Assembly: GCF_009914755.1 (NCBI RefSeq)
Contig: NC_060927.1
DNA from: the human T2T-CHM13v2.0 reference genome, Homo sapiens
Length of the DNA: 64,000 nt
Direction: 5' to 3' (one strand)
Shown here: one piece after another, positions 18,960 through 35,339 of the stretch
Numbering within the stretch: the first letter of the stretch is position 1
Layout: each line of letters starts with the position of its first letter
The notes under the pieces: generated by a model
Databases searched by the model: none
What the model was told of the DNA's origin: nothing
The model's input: only the letters and a program-made list of their open reading frames with translations
Program-made: the position numbers and the translations under genes

Positions 18960-19264
18960 TTTTTTTTTTTTTTTTTTTTTGAGACAGAGTCTCACTCTGT
19001 CACTCAGGCTGGAGTGTAGTGGAAGCTGTCTCGGCTCGCTGCAACCTCCACCTTGTGGGTTCAAGTGATTCTCCTGCCTTAGCCTCCCATGTAGCTGGGA
19101 TTACAGGCATGCACCACCATGCCTGGCTAATTTTTTGTATTTTTAGTAGTGACGGGGTCTCACCATGTTGGCCAGCCTGGTCTCGAACTCCTGACCTCAG
19201 GTGATCCACCTGCCTTGGCCTCCCAAAGTGCTGGGATTACAGGCGTAAGCCACCACACCCAACC
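18960..19264 (-). mobile_element. Alu (AluSx-like)
   Basis: Antisense dimer; TSD GAGGCCAGATC. Confidence 0.96.
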
Positions 19265-20060
19265 GAGGCCAGATCTTTCTAAGAGTTAGTGATAAGACCA
19301 GTGAGTTCCATGGGCATGAGCCCATTGCTATACTTTTTTCTTTTCTTTTTTAATGAGTTCCTTAGCCTGAACAATGTTGCGTGGGATACCATGAAGGTGG
19401 ATAAGGCAATCCATAAGTCCATGGATAGTGTGTTGGCAGAAATATTGCAACCAAATAAAACAAATCAATATCCAGATTAAGTGTCTATTCTGGGGAAGAC
19501 AACTAGAGCTCCTCATGATGGAAGTGGTTCAGTGCCGCTGGTGCCTGGATTGTCCCCCTTCCCTACCAAATGGTGGTATAATAGAAACGTGTGTTGGCCT
19601 CTGCTACTGTCAGCTTAAGCACTTAATGGTGGTGGTGAGCAGATCACCAATGGGAAGTCTATGGTGCTGAGCCCATATGCAGCCTTCGTCCTTGCTGGCA
19701 TGGTCTTTTGTATATGAATCTATTGAGCAAGTACCTGTTTGGAGAAATAAGCTGACAGACATCCATTGAATAAGCCATCCTTCCTACCTGATTATTGAGA
19801 GCTCTGTAGCAGATGCCTTTGTGAGCGTTCGCACAACACTTAAATACCCTCATGCTCTGACAATTAAGAGGTCCGTCCACATACTGCTTTGCAGACAATA
19901 TTCTAATCCTTTCTTTCTAAATTCCTGATTGTTCAGCCAAACCATTAGCCATTATACACGAAGCAGTAAACGTCCATCCGTATCTCAGGCCATCTCTCAA
20001 TCCAAAGCGGACAAGGAGATAATGTTGCTTAAAGTCTTTCCACTGAAAGGATTTCTCTTT

Positions 20061-20080
20061 TCTTTTTCTTTTTCTTTCTT

Positions 20081-20112
<32 letters not shown>

Positions 20113-20234
20113 TTTGGTAGAGACAGAGTTTCACCATGTTGGCCAAGCTGGTCTTGAACTCCCAACGTCAGGTGATCATCCAGCTCAGCCTCCCAAAGTG
20201 CTGGGATTACAGGCATGAGCCACTGCGTTCGGTC
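20061..20234 (-). mobile_element. Alu left monomer with its own tail
   Basis: Left arm only; perfect TSD AGGATTTCTCTTT at 20048 and 20235. Confidence 0.9.
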
Positions 20235-20644
20235 AGGATTTCTCTTTCTTAGTGTGTTTGTTTGTTTTAGCACACTTCTTATCGTGGCTATAATGCTCTA
20301 TTCCTAGCTTGCCAGTGTACTGGAAAAAAAGAAATCTATAAACCAGATTCTTCTTCAGCAATTTGTTCACAGGGAGATCACCATAAAAACCTAACACTGG
20401 ATGAAGGAAAGATGGCAATGCTGCAGAAGAATGTGCCATAGGAGCCCGAGCCTTCAGTACACGTGACTACATTGTTGCTTCAGAATCTGCTGGAGTCTGG
20501 TTTGGTGTGTACCATTTCCACTTGGTGATGAAGTATTGCCATGCATGCTTAATTGTGTGGCCTAATGAATCAGATAACACCTAGTCAATTGTGGGCAGCT
20601 CAGGTGACATGGCCAGGTGTTCAGTCTCTATAAAGCTCAATAGT

Positions 20645-21011
<367 letters not shown>

Positions 21012-21482
21012 CTAGAAAAGAGGCCACATCTTTACTTCAAACGCTAGGAATATGCACATGGTTATCCTCTTAAGGTTTGCCATAGGCTCCACACAGCATC
21101 CCTGTTTACTATAGAAACATCAGGTGCTACTGGATCTGCTGGGCCACATGGCCCTTGCCTTGCACGTGCTGGTGCTGGATGCGTCTACAGTCTACATTCC
21201 GGACTAGCTCTCAGTTGGTCACCACTCAAAGCTGGTTGTATTAATATTATGCTAAATTGGTCAGAGCAGCACACTCAAATGTGCTGTATCTTGCCTCCAA
21301 AATAGAGGCTAACACTGAAAATCTTTCTTTGTTATAGTTGGTGCAAGGTACCAACTTGTCTTCCACTTTGTGGGGAATATCTTAATATGATCCAGAATGT
21401 TAGATCTCTAGAAACTTCACTCAGGTAGCTGGCTTCTGGATTTCATGGGGTTAATATTTCTACCTTCCGACAAGCTTGTATC

Positions 21483-21781
21483 TTTTTTTTCTTTTTTTTT
21501 TGAGATGGAGTGTCACTCTTGTTGCCCAGGCTGGAGTGCAATGGCGATCTTGGCTCACTGCAACCTCCGCCTCCCGGGTTCAAGTGATTCTCCTGCTTCA
21601 GCCTCCTGAGTAGCTGGGATTACAGGCATGCGCCACCATACTCGGTTAACTTTGTATTTTTAGTAGAGACGGGGTTTCTCCATGTAGGTCAGGATGGTCT
21701 CGAACTCCGGACCTCAGGTTATCTGCCTGCCTTGGCCTCCCAAAGTGCTGGGATTACAGCTGTGAGGCAATGCGCCCAGCC
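21483..21781 (-). mobile_element. Alu (AluSp-like)
   Basis: GTTTCTCCATG, CTCTTGTTGCC, GCAATGGC; TSD CTTGTATCTT. Confidence 0.95.
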
Positions 21782-22369
21782 TCTTGTATCTTAACTAGGC
21801 ACCTGATATACATGCTACCTACTGTTCCTTAGATCCAGACATCATGATGTCCCCCATGCAGTCGACCAGTTTGATCTCTAGTGGAACCAAGGTTCCTGCA
21901 CACTGGATTATGACATGAGACTCGACATAGCCTTGAGACAAGATGATAAAGGTGTCTTCTGGTAGTCCCTTTAAACTGATGTAGAGAAAAAAGCTTAAAT
22001 TACTAGTTGCCAGAATATAGGACCATCATATAGAAGGCTGGGCTTGGATCTTAGAGACAATGGGAAAATAATTAAAATAATGTTCTTCACAATTAATAGA
22101 AAGTGGGAATATGCAATATGTAATGTGGTAGATGGGGGCGGGGATGGAAGAGACTTTAAAAAAATCCAGATATGATTGCTGGATCTTTATTTAAAAAACA
22201 CAATGTTATATAACTTTTGTGCCCTTTTTTTTTGCTAATTATAAAATGCTGTCACATCCTCAGATTATATGGAAAAGTATATGAATTAAATAAATGGAAA
22301 ACAAACTCTATAAATGGTACAGGGTTATTGCTGTTTACTTTCGTCCTCAAACTAGACTTGTAAAATAGT

Positions 22370-22480
22370 TGGGCTAATGCTTAGCCTCATTGTGCAGATG
22401 AGGAAAGCGAGGCTCTCTGTATTTAGGTAACTTGTCTAAGTTCTCACAGCTGATCAGTAATAGAGTTTCAAACCAAAACC
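22370..22480 (-). mobile_element. MIR fragment
   Basis: CAGATGAGGAAAGCGAGGCT..TAACTTGTCTAAG..CACAGCT core. Confidence 0.7.
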
Positions 22481-22516
22481 AGCTATCTTGATTGATACAT
22501 TGATATTGGTGATATT

Positions 22517-22845
22517 GGCCAGCCGTGGTGGCTCACACCTGTAATCCTAGCACTTTGGGAGGCCCAGATGGGCAGATCATGATGTCAGGAGTTCGAGACC
22601 AGCCTGGCCAACATGGCAAAACCATGTCTCTACTAAAAATACAAAAATTAGTCGGGCATGGTAGCGGTCACCTGCAATATCAGCTACTCGGGAGGTTGAG
22701 GCAGGAAAATCGCTTGAACCTGGGAGGCAGAGGTTGCATGAGCAGAGATTGCACCATTGCACTCCAGCCTAGTGACAGAGCAAGACTCCGTCTCAAAATA
22801 AATAAATAAAATAAAATAAAATAAAATACAATAAAATAAAAAACA
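22517..22845 (+). mobile_element. Alu (AluSg-like)
   Basis: Full dimer, (AAAAT)n tail; TSD GATATTGGTGATATT. Confidence 0.96.
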
Positions 22846-23419
22846 AGATATTGGTGATATTCTTACAATGTGTGCCTATGTTTGCATAATTGAGATATTA
22901 ATTTATATTTTCTTGTTTTATTTTTCTCCTTTTTCCCCTCTCCAAATGCTAACCCAAGATTTGCTTTGGAAGAAAGAACGCTGCAAATCCTAATCCAAGA
23001 ATGCTTAGGAAGAAGGATAGAAGCAGAAACAGGAGAGAATGGAGAGACTCTTTAAGATGAAGAAAGAATGTTGGCCTTCAGCGTGTTCTTCAAGTAAAGA
23101 CCCATGCCCAGCACTCTTGAAGCATGTTGGGGAGGAGCTTGGAGAGGAATAACTATGTGGTAAGAGGCTGAATATTAGATTTGGAATCCTTCAGCCCTGG
23201 CAAAGATTTCTGTGCCAGGCTTGGCAGGAATAAACAGAGCTGTCTGACCTTAAGGGATCGCAGGAGTTTGGACATGAGTACACAGGTGGTGATCGCTATG
23301 AATTGAGGACAAGAGGCTAGGTCCAAATGAGGTGCTCTGGGTAAGTTCCCAGGGGCTTTTGCACAACATTGGAAGGCCCAGTAAGATGAGGACTTATAAT
23401 CAAGTGTATTTTGATTTTC

Positions 23420-23718
23420 TTTTCTTTTTTTTTTTTTGAGACAGGGCCTCACTCTGTCACCCAGGCTGGAGTTCAGTGGTATGATCTTGGCTCACTGAAA
23501 CCTCCACCTCCCTGCTTCAAGTGACTCTCCCACCTCAGCCTCCTGGATAACCGGGATTACAGGAACCCGCCACCGTGCCCGGCTAATTTTTGTATTTTTA
23601 GTAGAGATGGGGTTTCACCATGTTGGTCAGGCTGGTCTTGAACTCCCGACCTCGGGTGATCCACCTGCCTCGGCCTCCCAAAGTGCTGGGATTACAGGCG
23701 TGAGCCACCGCACCCAGC
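23420..23718 (-). mobile_element. AluS
   Basis: Antisense dimer; TSD TGTATTTTGATTTTC. Confidence 0.95.
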
Positions 23719-23991
23719 TGTATTTTGATTTTCAACCAAAATGAAGTATTGTGACATTTTTCATACATTCTTGTTTGTGGAGTAAAAGTCATACGTCCTA
23801 CTTGTATATTTGTGGGTGCAGAAGAAGAAAGCAGGACAGCAATGGTGATGGGAGTGTGATTCTGGGTATTAGAAAGCTTGAGAATTTGCATCATATCACC
23901 AAGGGCTTAAAGGGAAAAGAATGACCGATTGTGCCCCTTAATGTCACTCTCAACTCCATATGTTTTCAGTTTATTACTGGTACGTGCCAAT

Positions 23992-24260
23992 GGCTGATTC
24001 ACTTAGCTGTTTGGAAGAGAGTGCTAACGAGGCCAAGGTCAGGGTTCTCATTTCCATATCGTCAAATACACTTAGTGAGAGTACTTCAGCTCCAGTCGCC
24101 ACAGATTAAATCCCTAACTCTCACCAACTGTCTCACAGATATGTGTGCTGGGTTATTGGAGGCCAGGTGAGAGTGTGTGAATGGGTCAGCACAAAGCTTT
24201 ACCGCCACCAAGGACAAAAACAAAACAGATGTCCTGTTGACATCCCTGTAGTTTGTGTGA
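23992..24260 (+). mobile_element. MamSINE1-like ancient tRNA-derived SINE
   Basis: tRNA-Ile-like head GTGCTAACGAGGCCAAGGTCAGGGTTC followed by GCCACAGA..CCCTAAC..GTCTCACA..GAGAGTGTG..ATGGGTCAGCACAAA body. Confidence 0.65.
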
Positions 24261-24511
24261 ATGCTTATGAAGGAGAGAGCACGCTGCTGCCATGTGAACT
24301 AATTCACAAAACAAATACAGCAAGCCAAATTTCTCTAATTTTTGAAGAGAATCTGATATCATTTCACCCATAATGTAACACATGTTGTGGTGTAATTTAC
24401 AAAAATAATGCAAATTTTAAGAAGCATATTAAAAAAATCTGCAAAATGAAGATGGGGATTCTAAGATTACCTTTTAAATATAAATTCTAGAAAAGCAATG
24501 TAATTAGAATT

Positions 24512-24666
24512 TGCCGGGTGCAGTGGTGCATGCCTGGAGTTCCAGCTACTTGGGAAGCTGAAGTGGGAGGATTGCTTGAGCCCAGGAGTTTGAGGCTGCA
24601 GTGAGCTAGGATCATGCCGCTGCCTGGACAACACAGTGAGACCCCTTCTTTAAAAAACTAAAAAAG
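24512..24666 (+). mobile_element. Alu right-type monomer (FRAM/FAM-like)
   Basis: GCCGGGTGCAGTGGTGCATGCCTG..GGAGGATTGCTTGAGCCCAGGAGTTTGAGGCTGCAG. Confidence 0.85.
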
Positions 24667-24704
24667 AACACATAAGACTTTTAAAATATTTAATTATGAT
24701 TTAA

Positions 24705-25035
<331 letters not shown>

Positions 25036-25042
25036 AAAATGA

Positions 25043-25406
<364 letters not shown>

Positions 25407-27699
25407 TAAATTGCACAGGAAACTTCTCTGATTGAATATTGGAGGTCATCTTTTGGTAAGTGTGGCACACAATGAATCTAGGCATCATAAATTCTAAGAT
25501 GTAAATTACAAGAGCTTTGAAGTTTGAAATGATTCTCCTAGGCAATGCATTGCACAAAAGAGCAGAGTGGAAATGTCATCATTTATGTTTTATTTTGGAG
25601 AATATCATTTCCTCAATTCTTTCCTTCTCTACTTTGCTTTAGCAGATTTTGACATAAAAGAAACCTCATATTCTTTATAGATATAATGTGGAAGTCTAAT
25701 ATTTCAGAATTCAGAATAAAACTTTCTTTCGATGCCTTTAATAAGATCTTAAAGCATTTAAAAAGCATTAATTAAGCTTTACACAGCAACTCTAAGATGA
25801 TTTGATCAATTCGAAAACATAATTGTAAAGTCTGCACTCAACTTTCAATTACTATATGTCCCAGTGGAGAAAAAACAGAGATAATACAAACCACAGATAA
25901 TAACCAAACCATTTCTACTCAAGGAACAATGGCATAGATACTTTTAAAAATGCAGCTAATTCCAAATAATTTATATTTGATCTTAGAATGCATTATATGA
26001 TTTTCTTTCATGAAACCATGTGGAGATTTACTATTATAATTATGCTTTATTTAAATGAAAACTACAATTAATTCAGTCTCCATATACACCGATTATTGGA
26101 AGGAAGAAATATATAAAAATTACAGGCTGTGTGTCAGAAGGAAGTGGTCCACAGATGTGTTTTTTTGCCTGTTTACAATCTGGAAAGTGAAGTCATCTAC
26201 GTAAGGTTGCATTTCATAAAGGTTTAGAGATGAATGAGTTCTGTTAAACTACATCAGCCCAACTCATTTGATAAGTAACAATGAGGCCCACTAGAGTGAC
26301 AAATGACCTGCTAGGGCTGTCTAATGACAGTATTATTTACAATCAAAAAAGAGAGCGAGAGAGCCTGAGCACAAAAGTCTAAATTTTTCACAACTGAAGA
26401 ATGTTTGAATAAATTATGAGCCATCAACTTCATGCCATTCAACTGCCATTAAAAAGAAAAAGTAAGTAGATAGCAGCAGCCTTAACTGAGATCCCTTCTT
26501 CTAAGATAAGCCCTTCTCTATTTCCCATATCTGGGATGGAGGCCCCTTAGGGATTCTACCTTTGAGATTGAATATACCCTATTGTAATTATATACTTAAT
26601 TGTATTTTCTCTGGGTGGTTCTAAGCTGTTTGAGGCTTGGGCAATCTTATTTATCATTTTATTCCCAGATCCTAGCCAAGTGCCTGGCCCATTATTATTG
26701 TTCATTAAATATTAATTTCAATGGAATAGAATGTCATTAATACCAACAAGAAAAATCAAGAAAAAATGTATTCACAGCTAAACACAAAGTCTCAGACTCT
26801 CTCCCTTTCTACAACTATGTCCTTCTATATTTAGCCCTGATCCTTTCTTATTGGGTTACTCAGCTTGTTACCCAAGAACCAGAGTGATGGCTTAGAGTGA
26901 CAGGGTGCTGGGCTGTCACCAATCATACACAAAGTGGACAAGGCATTGAGACGTAGTCATTTTGACAGAGAAGTGACATTTTGATACAGCCTAAAAACAA
27001 ATTGTTAAATTTTCAGCTTTTAAAAAGGACCAGTAAATGTGTGCAGCAGACACACTCACCTCAAACCTAAGCAAATCAAACCTCCTCAGGGACCCGTAGA
27101 GATGGATACAGCTGACAAGTTTAGTGGACAAGCCAGGGTGCAGGTCTCCTGACCTGGAGAGTAGTGCTTTCTGCCTGCCCCACATTCCATCTCAAAGGGC
27201 AGAGAGGAGAAGAGAAGCCACCAAGCATCAGCCCTGTGCTGCCTCAGGGTGCTCCCCTTGTTCTCAGACAGATCTGTTCTGCTCCCACCAACTTGGGTTT
27301 AGTTTTGCTTTAAAATTTATCTTGAGAAAAGAATGAAAACTTTTTCTTGTGGTAGGGCCAGTTGCTAAAGTCTAAGTGTCAGAATTTCATAATTGAGTTC
27401 AGATGAGGTCACTGTGGTTTGAGGGAGCTAGGGCGGGCTGTAATGAAGACAGGGTCAGCATTTTCCAGGGAGGTGGCCCAGCGGATGTTCTAGGAGGAAC
27501 TTCTTAGGAGTGGGAGGGAATGGGGACACTGAGGGTGGGCCACGTCCAGAAGCCCAGGATGGCAGGTGGTTGGCATTCAGGGTATTTATCTTCAGATGTC
27601 ACGTCCTCCACCACCTGCCTGGGGCTTCAATGCTCATATGGCAGCCTGCCTTTTCCTTCCCAGCACTTCCCTCGGGTTGTAATTATATATCCTATATGT

Positions 27700-27865
27700 G
27701 TAATTTTTTTTTTGGCCCTGTCTCCCATCAAGCAAAGATCATGCAGTTTTGTCTTATTGGCTTTTGTTGCTGCCACTCTGTCCACAGGCATAGCACAGTG
27801 TTTGGCACATAATAAGCATGCATACATATATCTTGAGTGGATAAATGATGGAATAAATGAATTAA
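27700..27865 (+). mobile_element. L2 3' end
   Basis: TAGCACAGTGTTTGGCACATAATAAG..AATAAATGAAT. Confidence 0.7.
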
Positions 27866-28470
27866 GTCAAGTTTATTGTATGTATTTCTAGAGGGACTAG
27901 GTTAGGTTACATGGGGCTTCATTAATGGAGAAGAAGGCAAAAGCACAATTATCTAATAAAGATGGCTCGGGGCTAGGAAAGTAAAGCCGTAGATGCTGAG
28001 ACTCAGAATCCAGGGCCAAAGTTATTTGTCTCTCCAGGCTGAGGTACTGCTAGGTCCTAGATTGGATTAGACCTGAGCGTAGGTGTCTTCAGGTATGCTG
28101 AACAGAACGGAGAGGTCTTGGGTCTATGCTATCTGGGAACAGTGCAAGGCTGATCCAATGTCTTTTGAACATATTTGGTTCAATTCATTCCTTTAAGCTC
28201 AGAAGGCTACTACAGGTCTCTTTTGGAGTTAGAGTGTACACGATAATTTTTCTCTCCCCTTTGCTTTCTAAACTCTTTGGCCCAGTCTGAATCATGTTAT
28301 CTGAAGTCAAGGAAACACCAGTGATCATCCAAAAACATATTACCCCCACTCCATCCCTACATCTTCAAATAACGTACTGTTCTTTTGACCTACTTCTCTC
28401 CCTGTCTCTCTCTCTCATTCTCATTAAGTGGAGACCTGTAGGTCTGTGCACAGACCCTGAAACATATTCA

Positions 28471-28795
<325 letters not shown>

Positions 28796-29729
28796 CTCAA
28801 CAACTGAAGGTCCTTCTTCCTTTGGCTGAATCCTTTTAAAAGAGTGGCTTCTGTTCCCACTGTAGAAAGTTGTGAAAAGAGGCCCAATGGGATTGTTCTG
28901 CAGGTCCTCCTGCAGAGTAGTGAATCACATACATTAGTTATAGGAACGCTTGTATTTGGTGATGGAGGGGCTCACACTAGTCTGGACCCTTCCTCTCGGC
29001 TGATGCTCAGCTATGGTGCTCAGTATCATTCATTCACAGGAGAGCCAGTTCCAATCGAGTTCTCTCTCCAATAAACCACACTGCTTAGGACTCACCCTTG
29101 TGCAATAAAATTGTGGCAGGGCTAAAAATAGAAACCACAAATCCTGCCTGCCAATCCTGCATTCTAACCTCTAATCTACTTGTAGCAAGGACAAATGTTT
29201 TCAGGAAAATAAAATGACACTGCATAGAACACAGTGACACAACTGTCCCTATTGTCAGAACTTCCACTCAAAAAACCTGGAGAAAAGAGGATGAATTCCA
29301 TCTTCCACACCTTGGTCACCATATACCTAGTTTCAACCTTCCTCTAATTTCTAATACAATCTGAATTACAAAAGCAATGAAAAAAATAAAAAGAGAATAC
29401 AAAGCAGGACGGGGAGAGAGACATAAATATCCCCCTTGTTACAACTTTCTTAATGATGGGAATTTGTCTTTTGTGTTTCAGTACAATGGAAATGGACTAA
29501 CAGAAGTTCAGTATTAGATTAATAGGACTCTCACTTTGTCAAATGGAAAGCCGGTTAAGGGGGTGAATTCCTTAACCTGGATTTGAGGACAGAGGCATCC
29601 TGCTTAGTAAAAAGTACCCTCAGAAAACCTGAATGTGATCCCCAGCTTGCCACTCACATCTAGTTCAAAAGGGAACCAACTATTTCATCTCCTGCAGCCT
29701 TGGAGTTCTTATCTCTAAAATGACATGAT

Positions 29730-30044
<315 letters not shown>

Positions 30045-31465
30045 TTAACAGCCTTGTATGCACAGAACTGTTGTGAGGCTCAGTGAGACAGAATTCATGG
30101 GAAGTGCTGCATAAATGGTATGTCTATCTATAACTGAGGGATTATTATTGCTGGACACAAATTCATTTATTGTTCTCGATTGGATGTACACATAATTCAA
30201 ATTCCCCAGAAAACAGCTCTGCCCTTCATTTCCAGCTGTGTGGTATGCAGCTTCTAAACATTTTTACTGAAACCTTGCCTCTTAACTGTTAGTCTTGAGG
30301 GTCTACACACAGCTCCCACGCTCAATTAACTGTTACTTCCCCAGGCAGCTGCAAGGCAGAAATTTCTGATTTGTGTTACAACCAGTCTAGCCCTCTGTGT
30401 CTTGGCTACGGACAGACATGCCTCCACAAAGACACAAACCAGAATGGAATCTAACAGGAACCTTGGTGAGAGATGTGCTCTGGGAGGAATGAGATATGAA
30501 GACAGGACTCAAGAAACGGTGGCTATAGACTTCTTATAGGAGGCTTTAACTTTCTCAGTTTTGAAATGCCATATTTGTTTTGCTGTGCGATGAATATAAG
30601 TGAATTAACAATGTGCTTACAGATTTCTTAGCTGGTAATGTGATAAAATTTAAAATATTCTTGTTTGGTATCATTTTGAAATTTTCTTGGCACTTATGAA
30701 ACTAATGAGAAACACCCGCATGCTGTTGGAGAGAGTGAGTGCATTTTCAGGCCCAGCATTTGGGAGCTTCAGTCTTCCGTAATTCAATGCATGACAATAG
30801 ATTTATTATTGAAGAAATGAAGAAAGAGGTCAGGCAAAAAAACCAGCAATTAATCATTTGAAGACACTGAGTCATCTACTATTTTATGTCAGAAATCTTG
30901 TAGCCATGTTTACATAATAATAAAACAGCTATAAGAGGGCAGATGTTTTAGGCCTAGACATTCGCTAGTCAGTAACATGTAAATGTGAGAGTCCTCGTGG
31001 TTACGGTTTCACACCTTTCCATGGCGGTTGCCAGTCAGTTTTTCCTTGCTGTTCATAAGCTACCAAGTAATACACATTTGTCTTCACTCTGGTCTGCAGT
31101 GAAAATAAAATGAGAAGAGAAAGAAGAAGATATGAAGTGGAACAATGTGGTTGGGAAATTCCCATATCTTTACCCTAAAAAAAAAAAGAAAAAATATTAC
31201 TCTTTTAAGTAAGGCCCAAGAGAATATTAAATGCATATACTATGATTCAAAGAAAATAGTGTTACCATTTAGTCATCAAAGTGGACCTTTGGTCTTGGCA
31301 GCATGTGTGAAACTTAAGGGTGGCAGCATGTGCTCTGTTAGTGAGTACATTTGTAGCAAACCACAGGGGTCTGAGTTCTTATTGCCTAAGTGCCCATTTT
31401 CTTGGGTGTTTTGCTTTTGTCTCCAGAATATCCAGAGAATGAGTTTGTTAATAAAAAATAAAACT

Positions 31466-31821
<356 letters not shown>

Positions 31822-32547
31822 TTATTTTTCTAACCAGATTTAATTTGGAAGTATGAACAAAAAAAGTTATAGCATCACGCTCTGGTCAGCTTGTCTCAGA
31901 TAATGGCTTGTGTGACCAGTGGAGGTCCTGGGGGAAGGGAAATTCAGAGGGCAATAAGGAACTTCTCTGTTATCTCAGAGTTTCACAATACACACAGGAA
32001 ACATTTGTAGCTGGTCCTCTGTTAGCCTGAAAGATTAGCTAATCCCTTGTTTCACCATAAAATGCATTTTTAGCAATAGTTCCTGAACTGCAAGCAAAAA
32101 CTCAGGTGGCCAGCTCATAGTCCTCCTAAATTACAGTTGAAAGATGCTTTGCATTGTAGATATTGGCTTGGGCAATAAGGAAACTGGTATAGTTCCTGGG
32201 GATGTGCTGGGCTGACATGAACCTCTCTATGCCCCACCACCAATGGAGCAAGCCGATTTCCATGTCCAGCATGCCGTATACATTCTACAACAGTGTTCTT
32301 AGGGTAGTATTGGATTCCTGAAGCCCAGAGATGGATTAACTGTCCAGGTGCCCCAGATGAATTCTAACTCAAATTAACACATCCTGTCTATACAACCTTT
32401 CAACTCTATATAGCAAAACTGTGACCTCCTGTTCAAACAGGAAAGATAAGCAGCCACATTTTATCATGGTGGTTCCTGAATATGTTTGCTACTAGCCTGA
32501 TTTACTCACTTATAGTTTGCCCACTAGATCTTTTTCTCTAGACATAG

Positions 32548-33390
<843 letters not shown>

Positions 33391-33449
33391 TATTTATTTC
33401 TAAAAGACCTGGGGGAACTTTTAAAAACTATATTTTAATTTGTATAAAG

Positions 33450-33630
33450 AATGTATCACAGATTTATTGTGCTGGAAGAGATTTATTGTGCTGGAAGAGG
33501 TTTTAGAGATTATCTAGCCCAATGGCCCAATGTCTTTATTTTAGGTATAAGGACATGAGAGGCCCAGAGAGGTTAAGTACCTTGCTCAAGGTCACTCAGC
33601 TAGTTAGCTGTAGTAGATCTACCATATGAG
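33450..33630 (-). mobile_element. MIR fragment
   Basis: GAGGCCCAGAGAGGTTAAGTACCTTGCTCAAGGTCACTCAGCTAGT core. Confidence 0.75.
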
Positions 33631-34029
33631 CACATGGTTAATTCCTAAAGTATTCCCACAGGTCCTCTGTATTCACAGCTCCTCATTAAGCAAAGACCTT
33701 AACTCAGAGAGCTGTTTTGTGACACATGTTACACCCAGCACTTTTCACCTTTAAGATACTGGGACAGGACCACCAAGAATACCAATGGGCTGAGATCAGC
33801 TTGGAGGGTCAGCTGCTCACAGGGTTTCCTGTGCACTAAGGCGGCATGACAGCTGGGGAGTATCTATCCTGTTTGTCTTTCTGAATAACCCTCATAACTG
33901 AGATGGCATTTGGCATAGATTCCAAATTACAAATACGATCAAATTCATGTGTGCTACCCCACAGTGCATGATGAGATTATTTATTTATTTTGTGTTAATT
34001 AATTAACTAATTTTTATTTTTTGCTTTCA

Positions 34030-34660
34030 TTATTATTTTTAACTGACACATATTTATGGGGTACCGTGTGATATTTGGATACATGGATACAATGTATAAT
34101 AATCAAATCAGGGTAATTAGCATAACCATTACCTCAAACATTTATCATTTCTTTGTGTTGGGAACATTAAAAATCTGATCTTCTAGCTATTTGAAAATAT
34201 GCAATTTTTTTTTTTTTTTTTTTTTGAGAAGGAGTCTCACTCTGTTGCCCAGGCTGAAGTGCAATGGCACAATTTCGGCTCACTACAACCTCCGCTTCCC
34301 AGGTTCAAGCGATTTTCCTGCCTCAGCCTCCTAAGTAGCTGAAACTACAGGCACGTGCCATCATGCCCGGCTAATTTTTATATTTTTAGTAGAGACGGGG
34401 TTTTGCCATGCTGGACAGGCTGGTCTCAAACTCCTGACCTCGTGATCCACCCGCCTTGGCCTCCCGAAGTGTTGGGATTACAGGCATGAGCCACTATGCC
34501 TGGCCTGAAAATATGCCATGAGTTGTTGTTAGCTATAGTCACTCTCTAGTGCTGTATGAACACTAGAACTTATTCCTCCTATCTAACTATACTTTTGCAT
34601 TCCTTAACCAACCTTCGGCTACCCCTCCCCCACCCTGTCCCACCTCTAGTAACCACTGTG
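34030..34660 (-). mobile_element. L1MA 3' end, split by an Alu
   Basis: CATATTTATGGGGTAC..ATCAAATCAGGGTAATTAGCATA..CTCAAACATTTATCATTTCTTTGTG. Confidence 0.85.
34205..34505 (-). mobile_element. Alu (AluSg-like)
   Basis: Antisense dimer; TSD TGAAAATATGC. Confidence 0.96.
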
Positions 34661-35339
34661 AGATTATTTATTTTTATCCATCTTGTACCTCAATGGTTTT
34701 TGAGGTTCTCTCTTTCTATACAAAATACAAAAATATAAAATAACATTAGAAACAATTAGGGTGAGGGCAAAATTGTTTTGTTTTTGATAGAAAAATAATA
34801 CAGATAGGTAAAACTGATACACAGAAATAAATATTATAAAGCTTTTGTTCTGTGTTTGGAGAAGAATGTAAAATTTGGCTCAGAGTTTCTTAGTGGCCTC
34901 AGCAAAGGGAAAAATGTGATCTATTATAAGATTCAGAATGTTTGTGAGATTTAAAAAAACGCAATTCAAGAGAAACATAGTTTTTACTCATACTAAAACC
35001 CGAGAGGTTTCTTCCTTGATAAAATCCTTTTAGTAGAGATCACAGTGAATTTCATATGGCTGTGTCTCATATTCCTCAGTGCAAGTCAAAGGCACAAACA
35101 ACGAATGCAAATCAGAAAAGGCGTTCCCAGGATATTGAGCGTGGGAGCAAAACAATGGGCCCACATACACACTGGACTATTTGGAAATAAGTGAATTGTA
35201 CATACTCCAAGAAATCTTCTGTAGATGCTATTCCTTAAAACCATTTGAAAAAATAATTGCTGGGCAGCAGAGAAATAAGGAATTAAATAAAGGGTTCAAT
35301 GAAGATATTGCTTTCTGAGACAAAGGCTGCAAATTCTCC

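Noticed and set aside
23992-24065. tRNA-Ile gene
   Set aside because: Too degenerate for a cloverleaf and continues into a SINE-like body
28441-28456. Perfect 16-bp palindrome GGTCTGTGCACAGACC
   Set aside because: About one such palindrome is expected by chance in 64 kb (64000/4^8)
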